A stretch of DNA of 44,836 bases, counting the filler, from Clostridia bacterium (GTDB lineage Bacteria > CBDUZB01 > JAGLHV01): NCBI GenBank assembly GCA_030637025.1. It is 3 parts of 3 records of this genome, joined end to end, with 100 filler letters (N's around TTAATTAATTAA, not from the genome) between each part and the next. Parts side by side here need not be neighbours in the genome. Positions count along the whole stretch, not along the records: positions 12,898 to 33,920 come from DAOVVV010000039.1; positions 34,021 to 44,836 come from DAOVVV010000001.1; 1 more part is not named here. The stretch is one strand, 5' to 3'. Shown piece after piece: positions 27,901-38,643 of this stretch (position 1 is its first letter; every line of letters begins with the position of its first letter). Both the position numbers and the translations under genes were made by a program. The notes under the pieces were generated by a model. That model ran no database searches, was not told the origin of the DNA, and saw only the letters and a program-made list of their open reading frames with translations.

Positions 27901-27952
27901 ATATGATAAAGGTTTGTTTTTATCGTAAGAGAGTATAAAAAGGAGGAAAAAC

Positions 27953-29098
27953 ATGAAGGGGGAAAATAAATATTTGGATAAGGGCCAGGTATTAGTTTTT
28001 TTCCTTGTTTTTATTGCTTTGTGCGGTTTGGTGATGGTTACCATTGGAATTGATATTTTTAGAATTTCTCAGACTAAAATTATGCTTCAGACCGCAGTGG
28101 ATGGGAGGGCTTTGCATTTAATTAGTCTTTATGCTAAACAAATGAATTTTCTTGCGGATATGAATAGGCATATGATTGAACCGGCAGATAAAACTTATCC
28201 TAATCGTTGTAATTATGATGATTTTAAGCGTTTGAGGGGGGGGTTGTATTCAGGAGGGAAATGGATAACGGCTAGTAAGTTCAGACCGTATGAAGAACCG
28301 GATGATGGTGAGTGGACTTATAATTATCTATACCATACCGAGGGACACGGAGGGACGCCTCATGAACACTGTTGTGATCATATTGATTTTGAATATCTAA
28401 ATCCTAAATATATATCAGTTTCAACTCCTAATGTTTGGGATAGACCACCGGAAATTAATAAATTTGATGTAGATCGCGCTGATTCATCTGAATATGACCG
28501 GCCTTTTCCCAGTAAGAATAGGATGGAAGAATATAGAGATGATTTTATTCAACCCAGAGCGGACCTTCAGGATAAAGTCATAAAAAAGGTCCGTAAGTTA
28601 ATTAGAAAACTTGCAAGGGAAAAATTAGAATTTGGCACTGGGGATGATTCAAGGATTAAGACTACTATAACATCCGATGCTGATTTTGATACCTATTATT
28701 CATCTGCGCATTGGAATACTCACCGTAAAAGTGTGGGTCTTCCCTATATAGTATGGGAGTATCATTCAAGTTCATGGACTCATACTTACACATCAGGTAC
28801 TATGCCCGGTATGATTTGTACAGTAGAGAAGCATTGGTGGGAAGTATATAAGACAGCACGTGGAACGGATCCTAAAGAGTTAATTGGCGGTTGGTTGTAT
28901 TTTGATGATGGTGTTGAGGTTGGCGATGAGATACCAGGTGGATTGAAGGTAGAGGCGAAGAGAGATGTAACCGGGCTTAATTTTGGAACGACTGGCAGGA
29001 AAAAAAATCTTCCGGCGGAAGCTTCGGTAGAGATAGATTCAACTACAGGTGAATTGTGGCCGAATCCGGAGTCTTCTTATAAAGTAAAATTTAAGTGA
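27953..29098 (+). CDS. Tad (TadG-like) N-terminal pseudopilin-domain protein with novel C-terminal region
   Basis: KGQ-hydrophobic helix-GID.....K..LQTAVD..AL, the Tad domain signature; AGGAGG SD. Confidence 0.75.
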   Translation: MKGENKYLDKGQVLVFFLVFIALCGLVMVTIGIDIFRISQTKIMLQTAVDGRALHLISLYAKQMNFLADMNRHMIEPADKTYPNRCNYDDFKRLRGGLYSGGKWITASKFRPYEEPDDGEWTYNYLYHTEGHGGTPHEHCCDHIDFEYLNPKYISVSTPNVWDRPPEINKFDVDRADSSEYDRPFPSKNRMEEYRDDFIQPRADLQDKVIKKVRKLIRKLAREKLEFGTGDDSRIKTTITSDADFDTYYSSAHWNTHRKSVGLPYIVWEYHSSSWTHTYTSGTMPGMICTVEKHWWEVYKTARGTDPKELIGGWLYFDDGVEVGDEIPGGLKVEAKRDVTGLNFGTTGRKKNLPAEASVEIDSTTGELWPNPESSYKVKFK

Positions 29099-29121
29099 AA
29101 TTAAGAAAAGGGGTTGATTTT

Positions 29122-29574
29122 ATGAACGGGAATAAGGGGCAGGCGGTCATAGAATTATCTGTTTTAATGGTACTGATAGTAGTAATGCTTAAAGCATCTA
29201 TGGAAGTAACTAAATTTTTAGAAATATTACAAAAAAATCAAGCGGCAGCTTATTATGCGGCGCAATGTTGGTCAATAGAAAAGCCGCGGTCGATTACATC
29301 ACTTGAGCAATTGTCGGATGCTTCAGCAAGCGTGCGGAGTGATATAGAAAGCAGATTGAAGGCTTTTTTGGCAGATGACGATACTGAAGATGCAGAATTT
29401 TCCGTAAAATTTGGATTTGCAGATAACTCCTCGCGGGTGGAACTAACCAGTAAGGTAAAGATAGATTTTCCCTGGCTGGAAGGTGTAGGAGGATTGCTAA
29501 AGCCGGTTAAAGCAAAGGCCGATGGTGAGTTTTGGCCGAGGTTTACCTGTTATGAAATAGCAAAACTTGAGTGA
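29122..29574 (+). CDS. TadE-like pseudopilin
   Basis: NKGQAVIE followed by a hydrophobic helix and a QAAAYYAA motif; ATG at 29122 follows an AAGGGG SD. Confidence 0.75.
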   Translation: MNGNKGQAVIELSVLMVLIVVMLKASMEVTKFLEILQKNQAAAYYAAQCWSIEKPRSITSLEQLSDASASVRSDIESRLKAFLADDDTEDAEFSVKFGFADNSSRVELTSKVKIDFPWLEGVGGLLKPVKAKADGEFWPRFTCYEIAKLE

Positions 29575-29606
29575 GAATAATATCGGGTGATGGGTCTGTT
29601 TTCTTC

Positions 29607-29635
29607 TTGACCAATGAAGAAAAAAGAGGTATATT
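29607..29635 (+). promoter_or_regulatory. Sigma70 promoter upstream of riboswitch 2
   Basis: TTGACC-17 nt-TATATT. Confidence 0.6.
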
Positions 29636-29672
29636 TATAGTAGGGTGGAAAAGGATTTGTTTCTTTGAAACG

Positions 29673-29820
29673 ATTATCCGAAAAGGCAAACTTCGAGAAA
29701 TCGGAGGGCGCAAAGCCACGGGTCTTTTTAAGAGAGATAGCCGAGCGTATCGATAACTGAGGTATTTAGTGGTTATACAAATGGTTAAACTTAAAAAAGA
29801 CAGCCGAGCTACCGAAATAT
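29673..29820 (+). ncRNA. c-di-GMP-I riboswitch with duplicated 3' strand
   Basis: CGAAAAGGCAAACTTCGA-GAAA-TCGGAGGGCGCAAAGCCACGGGTCT followed by two candidate 3' halves: GATAGCCGAGCGTATCGATAA and GACAGCCGAGCTACCGAAA. Confidence 0.85.
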
Positions 29821-29862
29821 GTATAGAAATAAATGTACATAAAAGGTAACTCGGTTTTTTTT
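29804..29862 (+). terminator. Riboswitch-controlled intrinsic terminator
   Basis: CCGAGCTACC...(TATGTA/TACATA)...GGTAACTCGG-TTTTTTTT. Confidence 0.8.
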
Positions 29863-29894
29863 AATAAAGAATTTAATAGAAAAAGGAGAAAAAA

Positions 29895-32800
29895 ATGAAT
29901 AGTATTAAAGGACATATTATTACTAAAATATTCTCTTGCGTTTTATTGTTAATCTTCTTCGTTGTTTTCTGTGATATTAAAGAGTATGCCCATGCGGTGG
30001 AGGATTCTTATGTGGGGTACACAGGAGATTTAGACAATTCTTATTATGCAATAGATGATTTCGGTTATACGGTAAATGTAGATAATTTCTTAGATGAGAT
30101 AAGAGGAAGCTTTAATGTTCATGGCGGGAATATATCATTAGAGTCGGCATTTTACACGGGTCATGAGATAACTCTGAGAACTAATAATGTAACTGATGCC
30201 GTTGGGCTTGGAATGGATATTAATGCGATAGCCGGTGATGCCGGAAGTTGGTTGGACCATCTTTGGTGGGGGATAGAAGATTTTGCCCGTGTGGTGTGGG
30301 ATGGCCTTAAGATTATGGGAAGTTTTGTTATTGGTAATATAATCGTTCCCGTATTTGATTTTGTATGGAGTGGAATTACTTGGGCATGGGATGGTTTTTT
30401 TGATTTAGGGTTTTATATTACCGTAGCCTGGGCAGAGTTCAGGATTAATGTTGTTGAGTCTATTTTCACTTTAATCGGAGCTCTCGCAAACCTTCAAGGG
30501 TGGGGAGCAGCATGGAGTGCTATTGCCGCCCCTTTATTGCAAAGCTACACACAATGGGTGATGGCGGAACGGGATTTTGTTTTAGACTTTAAACTTTTTA
30601 TGAAAGAGGCAACACAAAACACTTTAACCTGGGGTGTGGAAAACATAAAGGCAATAGCTTTGTTTGTGATAGCTGGACTATTGGCGATAGCGTTAACAAT
30701 AGTAGCCGGTGCTTTAATATTTGCTGGAACTATAACTTCCGTGTTTGGTTTTGGTTTGGTTATATTAGCATTAGGAGTAGCTTTGTTAGCCGCAGCCGGG
30801 TCGTTATTTGGTTTTGCTATGATGAATTTTAAGGGTACAATTGCGGAAGGTACATGGGTAGAAGATTGGCAGGCCGAGGCACGGGTAATAGCCCCCAAGA
30901 TATTGCATATTGCTTTAATAATGATAGGTATTGGTTTATTTATAGTTGCCGTAGCGGTTATTTTTATGGTAGCGGTAGCAGCTGTTAGTGGAACGACAGC
31001 TGCTTTGAGTGGATTTTTCGGTTTAGGGGGATTAGGGATACTGGCAATAGGGCCAGTGGCAGCGGGAATAACGGTAGCTAGTACTATTGCCGCGATGACT
31101 TTTACTACCCTTCAGGTAATAGCGCTGGTTGTAGTTGCTGTTTCACTTGCTGTTGCGGGTTTTTCAGCATTTATGTATGGATCCGGAGAGCTTGGTTTGT
31201 GGGAGGGAGTATATATTGGCGGTTATGATATAGGCAAGAGTTATAAGCATATTGCTTATAGTTGTTTTCTTGGTTCGATAATGCTTTTTTCATTAGCTCT
31301 GATGATTTTTGCTGCTCCTTTATTACTTAGTGCGGCTTGGAACATGGTTCTTGCGATAAAAGCAGCTACTATAGCTACGGCAATCTCTATTAAAGGATTG
31401 ACCATAAGTGGTATTATTGGGGCTCTTAAAGGAATAACCATAAGTGGTATTATAGGGACTTTTTCTTCTTGGGCATCTTTTAAGTTGGCTATTGTCGCTG
31501 TATCTAAGTTGGGTGTATTTGTTATTTTGAAAGCTTTAGCCGTTAGTTTTTTACAGTTTGTTGGGTCGGTAGCTGCTTTTGCAGGAGGAATGATGTTTTT
31601 TAGCGGAGCAGCAACGACGTTTGCTTTTGCAAATCCCGACCATTTTATTTCCAAAATTTGGTGGGGGACGGAATTAGAAGATTTTTATGGTACAGGAGTT
31701 GATATAGGAACCGGGGGGATCGTTGGGATTTTAACTTGGGTAATGGAAGGTATTATAGGAACAATGGATGAGCATGGACATTTTGATGGGGGCATTTGCG
31801 GCTGGTTTTTTGGAGTACAAGAATGGTTGTGGAGTGGTTTTGGACTTGGAGAGATACCGATACTAGGAATAGTACTGAAAGGAATTGGTTATGTGGTTTC
31901 GGTTCCTTTTATTTTAGCAGAAATGCTTATTGGTGTAATTGGCGTAGGGTTACAGATTGGTATGGTGGGGCATCATATGTCCTTGATAGGGTTAGGTGCG
32001 GCACCGATTGGTACTGATGATTATGGAAGACCGATTACCGGAAGTTGGGGAGATGTTCCTGCGACTATGATTCAGGGATTACTGCAATTTACTATTGAGA
32101 CGGTCACTATTATGCTTAATCCCTTTAGTGATGGATTTCGCCCTGGTTTGGGATTGGCTAATTTAGCCATTATAATGGGGGGAGGAGCTAAAGGTGCAGG
32201 TATAATCGGCAAAATAACCGGGACATTTTTTAAAGGTATGCCGGCTATTGGAGCAATTTTAGGTGGTATTAGCGGGATAGTAGGTAATATAGGTAGTTTT
32301 GCCGGGAAAATTGGTAGTATAGCAGTGAAGGGAGTAACAATAGTTTTTTCCGGAATTAAAAATGTTTTTATTTCAATTATTAATTTCAATAAAAAATTAT
32401 TTTCAGACAGAAATATTAAACTAACTATTCCGGATGTAGTAAAGTCGCCTGTATTAATTAAAGTTGCCTTAGTTTCTTCGGTATTGATTTTAGTTTATCC
32501 TATATTGGATAACCTTTTTGGAGGAGTTTTTGCTGATACTGTGCTGATGGGGTTGCCTTTAATGATGGTTGTTCATAATGTAGGAGGAATAGTTAAAACA
32601 AAAGTGGGATTATGGGAAATACAATTGATCGATTTTCGTTTAAAAAATATTAAAAATCCCGGTGTTCTAGAAAATTTTTTAAAAATTCTTGATTTTGAAA
32701 ACGCCGGAAAAAGAATAACATTGATTGATGTCTTCGGAAATGAAAGGCCAATTTTAAATACCCCGGAATTAAGAGCTTATGCGTCAAAGATGTTAACCGA

Positions 32801-33920
32801 CGCACTAAAACTTCCGGATCTTTATAAATTTGCAGAGTTTAAATTTGGGGAAATAGGTATTTTTAGAGGGCTTGATTTAAGCAGTTTAACTTTAAGAAAA
32901 CTGGATTTGGCCAAAACATTTGAAATAAAATTAGCCGAAAGCCTCAATTTGTTTCAAATAAAGAAGTTAGCCATAGGAGATATAGTAAAGATAGATGGGA
33001 TAGAAATAAACGGGAAATTCTTATTGGACATGGGGGTTAATTTCACAAATGTAGTAAAGCTTAAAATAGTGAAAGATATGGGTTTTTCCAGCAAAGATTT
33101 TATAAAAATACTTGATTTTCTGGAAGGGAATGAAGTAAATGGGAAAATTGTTAAAATAGACGGGGTTGCTTTTGAAAATTTAAAGATGGATATAACGATA
33201 AAAGAAATACTTACTTTGAAATTGGCTCAAGCAGATTTAAAAATTTTGGAAGCTATTTTTATAAATGGAAAAGAAGTTAACGGGATTAGTGTGGATTTTC
33301 TGACTAAAGATTTAGGGGTAAAAATAAGTTTAAGAGAAGTAATTGCGACTAAATTGGCACAATTTAGCATAACGGAATTGGACATGCTTTTTGTGCAGGG
33401 AAAGACTGTAAAAGGAATTAGTTTAGAAATGATAAAGGAATATTTAAAGATAGATATAACTTTGAGAGAGGTAATGGATGTTAGGTTTGCTAAGTTGACT
33501 AGTTTTGAGTTAGATTTATTTCTTGAAGGGAAAGAAGTAAGAGGTCTTACTATAGAAGTATTAGCGGAAAAAATAGGAGTAGATGTTCAAGTTTTAAAAC
33601 TGGATTTTTTTATGAAGTATGTAAAAGAAAATATAATTAGAGGAGAAGTGGATATAACTGTTAAGCTTATGTCTTTTCTTAACGGAGAGTTTGCTATAAA
33701 ATTTGGAGGGAAAGAATTAACTATAGGGGGTTTTATCCGGGAATTCGGTATAGAATTGGGAGATCTCAAATTTGAATTATTCAAGGAAAAAATACTCAAG
33801 GATTTTATGGGGAAAGAAATAAGCAATATAGACTTTAAAGTTCTGGCTGATAAATTTGGTTTGGAGGTATCTACCAAGCAAATAAACGAGATAAAAACAG
33901 CCTTAGTGGAAATGAAGTTA
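29895..33920 (+). CDS. Very large membrane protein of unknown function, 3'-truncated at the contig end (at least 1342 aa)
   Basis: AAGGAG SD; signal peptide (AHA); long Gly/Ala-rich multi-helix hydrophobic region; then ~44-aa repeats. The apparent stop comes from the artificial linker. Confidence 0.85.
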
Positions 33921-34020
33921 NNNNNNNNNNNNNNNNNNNNNNNNNNNNNNNNNNNNNNNNNNNNTTAATTAATTAANNNNNNNNNNNNNNNNNNNNNNNN
34001 NNNNNNNNNNNNNNNNNNNN
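33921..34020. other. Artificial contig linker
   Basis: N44-TTAATTAATTAA-N44. Confidence 0.97.
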
Positions 34021-34377
34021 AGCATTCTGAAAATGTATTTTTAATTCGTCGTAATCCGAAAACTTTACACCTTTACCATCTGCCCGTAAAACATAGCTAA
34101 TTGTCAACAATTCATCTTTGAGTGTTTGGTCTTTAAAATATTTTTGAATATTTTCTACCTTCAATTCGCTTTTTATTTTTTCCTTGTCTTTCCCTGTTTT
34201 CTCTGCCAACTCATTATATATTTTATTTAATTCCTCTCGGGTTTTCGGCCTATAAGAGTCTTCAATCCTTTTATTTTCTTGATTAAAAATTTCCACTAGT
34301 TTGTCTTGTAACTCTTTCAACTTTTCAGTTGTAATTGTTAAATATTCTAAAGTTCCATCTTTTAAATATTTACTCAT
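34021..34377 (-). CDS. Hypothetical protein, 3'-truncated at the contig edge
   Basis: ATG with AGGAGG SD; charged helical sequence that runs into the N gap. Confidence 0.7.
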
Positions 34378-34562
34378 TAAATGCCTCCTAAAATCATTTT
34401 TTCAGGCAAAAATACGGGACGGTCTTAAGATAATAAGTTAATACTTTTTTGTTTAAGTATTCTTTCCCTTTTTCTTGTATACCTTTCTTATTCTACAGCA
34501 ACTTAATATTAATTTTTCTTCTTAATAATAACTAAGTCAATTTTGTTTTCCCATTCCCTCTA

Positions 34563-37500
34563 TTAAACAACACATACAAACTCTGCAACTATTTTAAAAT
34601 CATCCTCCGATACATTTTCCAATATTATATCTTTAAATTCTTTATTATCCGGAGACAAAATTATCTTTTTGTGCTGCCATGTGCCGTCGTCAAACATCTC
34701 CTTTTCGCTTTTATATCTTTTGATGGTAAATTTTTGGTTCGTTTCCGGATCCGCTACTAACCGTGATTCCACAAGAACTACCAGCCCATTTCTTGATCCT
34801 CCTTTTTCAAAACGAAAAACACAATAACTTCCGTCGGAAATTGTCGGCTCCATAGATTTTCCCACAACCCGGGCAATAAACGTATCCTTATTGAGCTTTT
34901 TTGATATATTCGTTTTCATCCATCCTAACTGTTCAACATATTCTTCCTTCCCAAATGTCGTGGCTACTGCTTCTAATGAATATACCGGTAAAGCAGTAAC
35001 ATATTTTTCAAATTCTGCAATTTCCTCATCAGCAATAATATCACAAACTTTTTCCACAAATCCGGAAGGCTGTTTTTCAGTCCAATCCTTACACAATAAT
35101 GTTGCCTGTTCTAAAACTGTCTGAGTTGCTTTTTTCGCTTTGTTCGGTGGATATCCATATTTTTTTAAAACCCTTTTTACCATAACTCTCAGTCTCGCCT
35201 GAATACTTTCTTTTAAAGTCCAGTCGATATTAATGTTTCTACGCACTGTTACAACCAGTTCTCTGGCTATGGTTTGTAATGTTTCATCCCCTAATATTTT
35301 GACCGCACTGTCATTTACTTCTAATGCATCGTAAAAAGCAATTTCATCCTCAGTTAAGCCTAATTTTTCACCCCTGGTACTTGCTTCTTTCATTTTTTTA
35401 GCAAGTTCTATTAATTCTTCAATGATTTTGACCGCTTCAATAGTTTTATTATTATATTTTTTAATAGATTTTTTTAACATCTCGGCAAATGACCGCCCCT
35501 GAATGAGATTTTTCCTTGAGCGAACTTTTATTTCATCATTAAGCAATTTCTTTAAAACTTCCAAAGCCAAATTTTTTTGCGGCATATTTTTTACTTCTGC
35601 CAGAAATTCATCCGACAGTATAGAAATATCCGGTTTATTAAGTCCTGCTGTTTGAAATATATCAACGACCTCATCAGAACTAATAGCTTTCGATATTAAT
35701 TGCTGAATAGCTGAATCCAACTCTCCTTCTGTTTTGCCTCCCTTATCACCAAATTTTGCAAGCGATGCCCTTACTGCTTGAAAAAAACCTACATTATCCC
35801 TAATTTCAAGAGCTTTCCTATGCGGAACGGCAAGTGCAAAAGCCTTTGATAATTCTGTTACATACTTTAAACATCGGGCTTTCCCATCTTCCTGACTTAA
35901 AATATGTTCCTGTGCAAAAACTAGCATAGACATTTTATCCTTTACGGAAGCCCTAAAAAAAGATGCATAATCAAAACCATAAAATAACGAAGAAACTATT
36001 TCGTATTTTTCAAGCATTAAAGCAACAGCTTCATCTTGATTAAATAACGGCTTTCCCTTTCCGCCACTTTCAGTATATTCAGCAAGTGCTTTTTTAAGTT
36101 CTTCGGCAATTCCCAAATAATCAACTACTAGTCCTCCCGGTTTATCCAAAAAAACACGATTGACCCGGGCAATAGCCTGCATAAGTCCGTGCCCGCGCAT
36201 TGGCTTGTCCAGATACATTGTATGTAAACAAGGAACATCGAATCCCGTAAGCCACATATCCCTGACAATAACTATTTTTAAAAAATCCGCAGCATCTTTC
36301 ATCCTATCACCGATTTCTCTACGCCTTTGCTTATTTCTTATGTGTTCCTGCCACTCTACCGGATCACTTGCTGCACCGGTCATAATCACTTTAATAAGGC
36401 CTTTATTATCATCCTGATGATACCAATCAGGCTTTAATTTGATAATTTCATTGTGCAGCTCTATACATATCCGTCTACTCATACAAACAATCATTGCTTT
36501 CCCTTTAATCACATCAAGGCGTTTTTGGAAATGTTCCATAATATCCTTAGCAATTTGTTTGATTCTTTTTTCACTCCCGACAATAGCTTCCATTCTTGCC
36601 CATTTGCTTTTCAATTGTTCTTTTTTGGCAATTTCCTCTCCTTCGGTCACTTCTTCAAAATCAGGATCAAGGGTAATTTCTTCTTTTTCTTTTAATTCTA
36701 ATTTAACTAATCTGCTTTCATAAAAAATACGAACCGTTGCCCCATCATTTACCGCTTGCTCAATATCGTAAATATCAATTTCGTCACCAAAAACTGCACG
36801 GGTGTTTCTATCGTGAGTCTCAATCGGTGTACCGGTAAATCCAATGAAAGAGGCGTTGGGTAATGCATCTCTCATATGTCTGGCAAAACCATCAATAAAA
36901 TCATACTGACTTCTATGAGCTTCATCAGCAATTACCACAATATTTCTTCTGTCGGAAAGTTGTGGATATTTGTTGCCTTTTATATCGGGAAAGAATTTTT
37001 GAATGGTGGTAAATACTACTCCCCCGGAAGCAACCTTAAGACATTTCTTTAATTTATCCCGTGAATCAGCCTGAACAGGCTCTTGTCTTATGAGTTGATG
37101 ACACCTGCTAAAAGTCCCAAATAATTGGTCATCCAGATCATTTCTGTCAGTTATAACGACGACAGTCGGATTATCCATAGAAAGTACGAGTTTTCCGGTA
37201 TAAAACACCATACTTAGACTTTTTCCTGACCCTTGTGTGTGCCATATAACGCCGATACGTTTATCGGCGTTACCCTCACCCTTTCCTCTCCCACAGGGAG
37301 AGGGTTTTGCTATATTAGATAAAACAGCTTCAGGATTATTAAATAACTCTTCGTTTTTAATACGAATAACTGTATTACCCAAACTTTGCAAATAAGCATC
37401 TCTTTTAGTGTCTTTTTTTATTTGCGCAGTTGAATTATGAATGCTTCCATCTAATTCAATAATCAAGAATTTCTCAACACAATAGAAATCAACAATATAA

Positions 37501-38630
37501 GAACCTATTTGATGCTGCCGCCTGAATTTTAATCCTAAAAACTTTCTATTTCTCAACAATGCCCAAAGAATTTCTTCAGCTGAAGTCTGTTTTGTTCGTA
37601 ATTCTCTGACTTCTTTCACTAGTCCGGAAAAATTAAATCCCCCCCGATATTGACACCCTTCTCTCCCTGGGAGAAGGGCCGGGGATGAGGGTTGCGGCAA
37701 TCCCATCGCTCGATATGTAGCTATAATTGCCGCATTAACTGCATGATATTGATGATATGCGGCTATTTTCTTTAATAAACTATCTCGTTCCTGCTCAAAA
37801 ACTACAAAATGTTGTATTAAATCAACAAAAATACTTTTTTGTAACATTCCCCTGATAAGCACTTCTATCTCCGGCATACCGACAGAAGCTTTTTCAATGC
37901 CGTCAATGGTTTTCCATGGTAGAAACCATTCCCGATTTGAAGTGATTGTCCCTGCTTTCGCTTTGAAGCCATCACTGATAATTAAAATCTCGTTATAATT
38001 AAACAAAGAAGGAATCTGTGATTTGTAAGTCTCAAATTGATTAAAAGCGGTCATTATAGTTGCATTTTCATCAACAGGATTTTTAAGCTCAATAACGGCT
38101 AAAGGAATACCATTAACGAACAAAACTATATCCGGCCGTCTATTATGATTGTTTTCAATAACGGTAAATTGGTTAATTGCTAAAAACTCGTTATTCTTTG
38201 GCTCATTAAAATCCATTAACCAAACTTTATCTCCGATAATTCGGCCATCTTTCCGATATTCAACATCAACCCCGTCAACAAGCATTTTATGGAATCGTCT
38301 ATTATTCACCACCAAATCAGGACTTTCATTACGCAATAAAAGCTTGATTGCTTCTTCCCTGGTTTCCTGTGGAATATCCGGATTTAGTGTATCAATAGCC
38401 CTTCGCAATCTGTTTATTAAAATAACCTCTGAATAGTTGGAACGCTCGGGACTTACCTGCATGCCTGCCTTCGGCGCATGCGTAGGCAAGTCCGGAGCAA
38501 TATCTCCCTGCATGCCTGCCTCCGGCGTATGCGGAGATAAATCCGGTCCAAAAATAACCTCATATCCTAAATCCGAAAGGATATCCAATGTTATTTGTTC
38601 AATTTCTGATTCGGTGATTATTTTTTGCAT
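34563..38630 (-). CDS. hsdR: Type I restriction enzyme R subunit with internal DUF559-like endonuclease domain and C-terminal S24 peptidase-like domain
   Basis: [20 protein letters not shown] nuclease motif; [30 protein letters not shown] and QAIARVNR helicase motifs; DUF3387-like C-region ending YGYPP; then VVGKSMEP...TIKRY. Confidence 0.95.
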   Translation of the reverse strand: MQKIITESEIEQITLDILSDLGYEVIFGPDLSPHTPEAGMQGDIAPDLPTHAPKAGMQVSPERSNYSEVILINRLRRAIDTLNPDIPQETREEAIKLLLRNESPDLVVNNRRFHKMLVDGVDVEYRKDGRIIGDKVWLMDFNEPKNNEFLAINQFTVIENNHNRRPDIVLFVNGIPLAVIELKNPVDENATIMTAFNQFETYKSQIPSLFNYNEILIISDGFKAKAGTITSNREWFLPWKTIDGIEKASVGMPEIEVLIRGMLQKSIFVDLIQHFVVFEQERDSLLKKIAAYHQYHAVNAAIIATYRAMGLPQPSSPALLPGREGCQYRGGFNFSGLVKEVRELRTKQTSAEEILWALLRNRKFLGLKFRRQHQIGSYIVDFYCVEKFLIIELDGSIHNSTAQIKKDTKRDAYLQSLGNTVIRIKNEELFNNPEAVLSNIAKPSPCGRGKGEGNADKRIGVIWHTQGSGKSLSMVFYTGKLVLSMDNPTVVVITDRNDLDDQLFGTFSRCHQLIRQEPVQADSRDKLKKCLKVASGGVVFTTIQKFFPDIKGNKYPQLSDRRNIVVIADEAHRSQYDFIDGFARHMRDALPNASFIGFTGTPIETHDRNTRAVFGDEIDIYDIEQAVNDGATVRIFYESRLVKLELKEKEEITLDPDFEEVTEGEEIAKKEQLKSKWARMEAIVGSEKRIKQIAKDIMEHFQKRLDVIKGKAMIVCMSRRICIELHNEIIKLKPDWYHQDDNKGLIKVIMTGAASDPVEWQEHIRNKQRRREIGDRMKDAADFLKIVIVRDMWLTGFDVPCLHTMYLDKPMRGHGLMQAIARVNRVFLDKPGGLVVDYLGIAEELKKALAEYTESGGKGKPLFNQDEAVALMLEKYEIVSSLFYGFDYASFFRASVKDKMSMLVFAQEHILSQEDGKARCLKYVTELSKAFALAVPHRKALEIRDNVGFFQAVRASLAKFGDKGGKTEGELDSAIQQLISKAISSDEVVDIFQTAGLNKPDISILSDEFLAEVKNMPQKNLALEVLKKLLNDEIKVRSRKNLIQGRSFAEMLKKSIKKYNNKTIEAVKIIEELIELAKKMKEASTRGEKLGLTEDEIAFYDALEVNDSAVKILGDETLQTIARELVVTVRRNINIDWTLKESIQARLRVMVKRVLKKYGYPPNKAKKATQTVLEQATLLCKDWTEKQPSGFVEKVCDIIADEEIAEFEKYVTALPVYSLEAVATTFGKEEYVEQLGWMKTNISKKLNKDTFIARVVGKSMEPTISDGSYCVFRFEKGGSRNGLVVLVESRLVADPETNQKFTIKRYKSEKEMFDDGTWQHKKIILSPDNKEFKDIILENVSEDDFKIVAEFVCVV
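37273..37691 (-). mobile_element. In-frame DUF559/Vsr-like endonuclease module bounded by inverted palindromic repeats
   Basis: RELR..QT.AE..LW..LRNR...[17 protein letters not shown]....LIIELDG..H...D..RD..L...G..VIR..N, flanked by CCCTCA...CTCCC..GGGAGAGGG-type repeats at 37273-37304 and 37656-37691. Confidence 0.8.
38452..38539. repeat. Two 39-bp palindromic in-frame insertions in the 5' region of hsdR
   Basis: 38452-38490 and 38501-38539 share the core cctgcatgcctgcct(t/c)cggcg(c/t)atgcg; third copy at 44355-44393. Confidence 0.85.
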
Positions 38631-38643
38631 AATATTAATCTTT

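Noticed and set aside
29571-29756. 61-aa ORF after tadE
   Set aside because: It overlaps a promoter and the c-di-GMP riboswitch and is most likely non-coding.
27780-29760. cGAMP-specific GEMM-Ib variant riboswitches
   Set aside because: Both aptamers have G, not A, at the position-20 equivalent, consistent with c-di-GMP.
37273-37691. Intein in HsdR
   Set aside because: No N-terminal splicing block and no C-terminal His-Asn followed by Cys/Ser/Thr; the borders are DNA palindromes instead.
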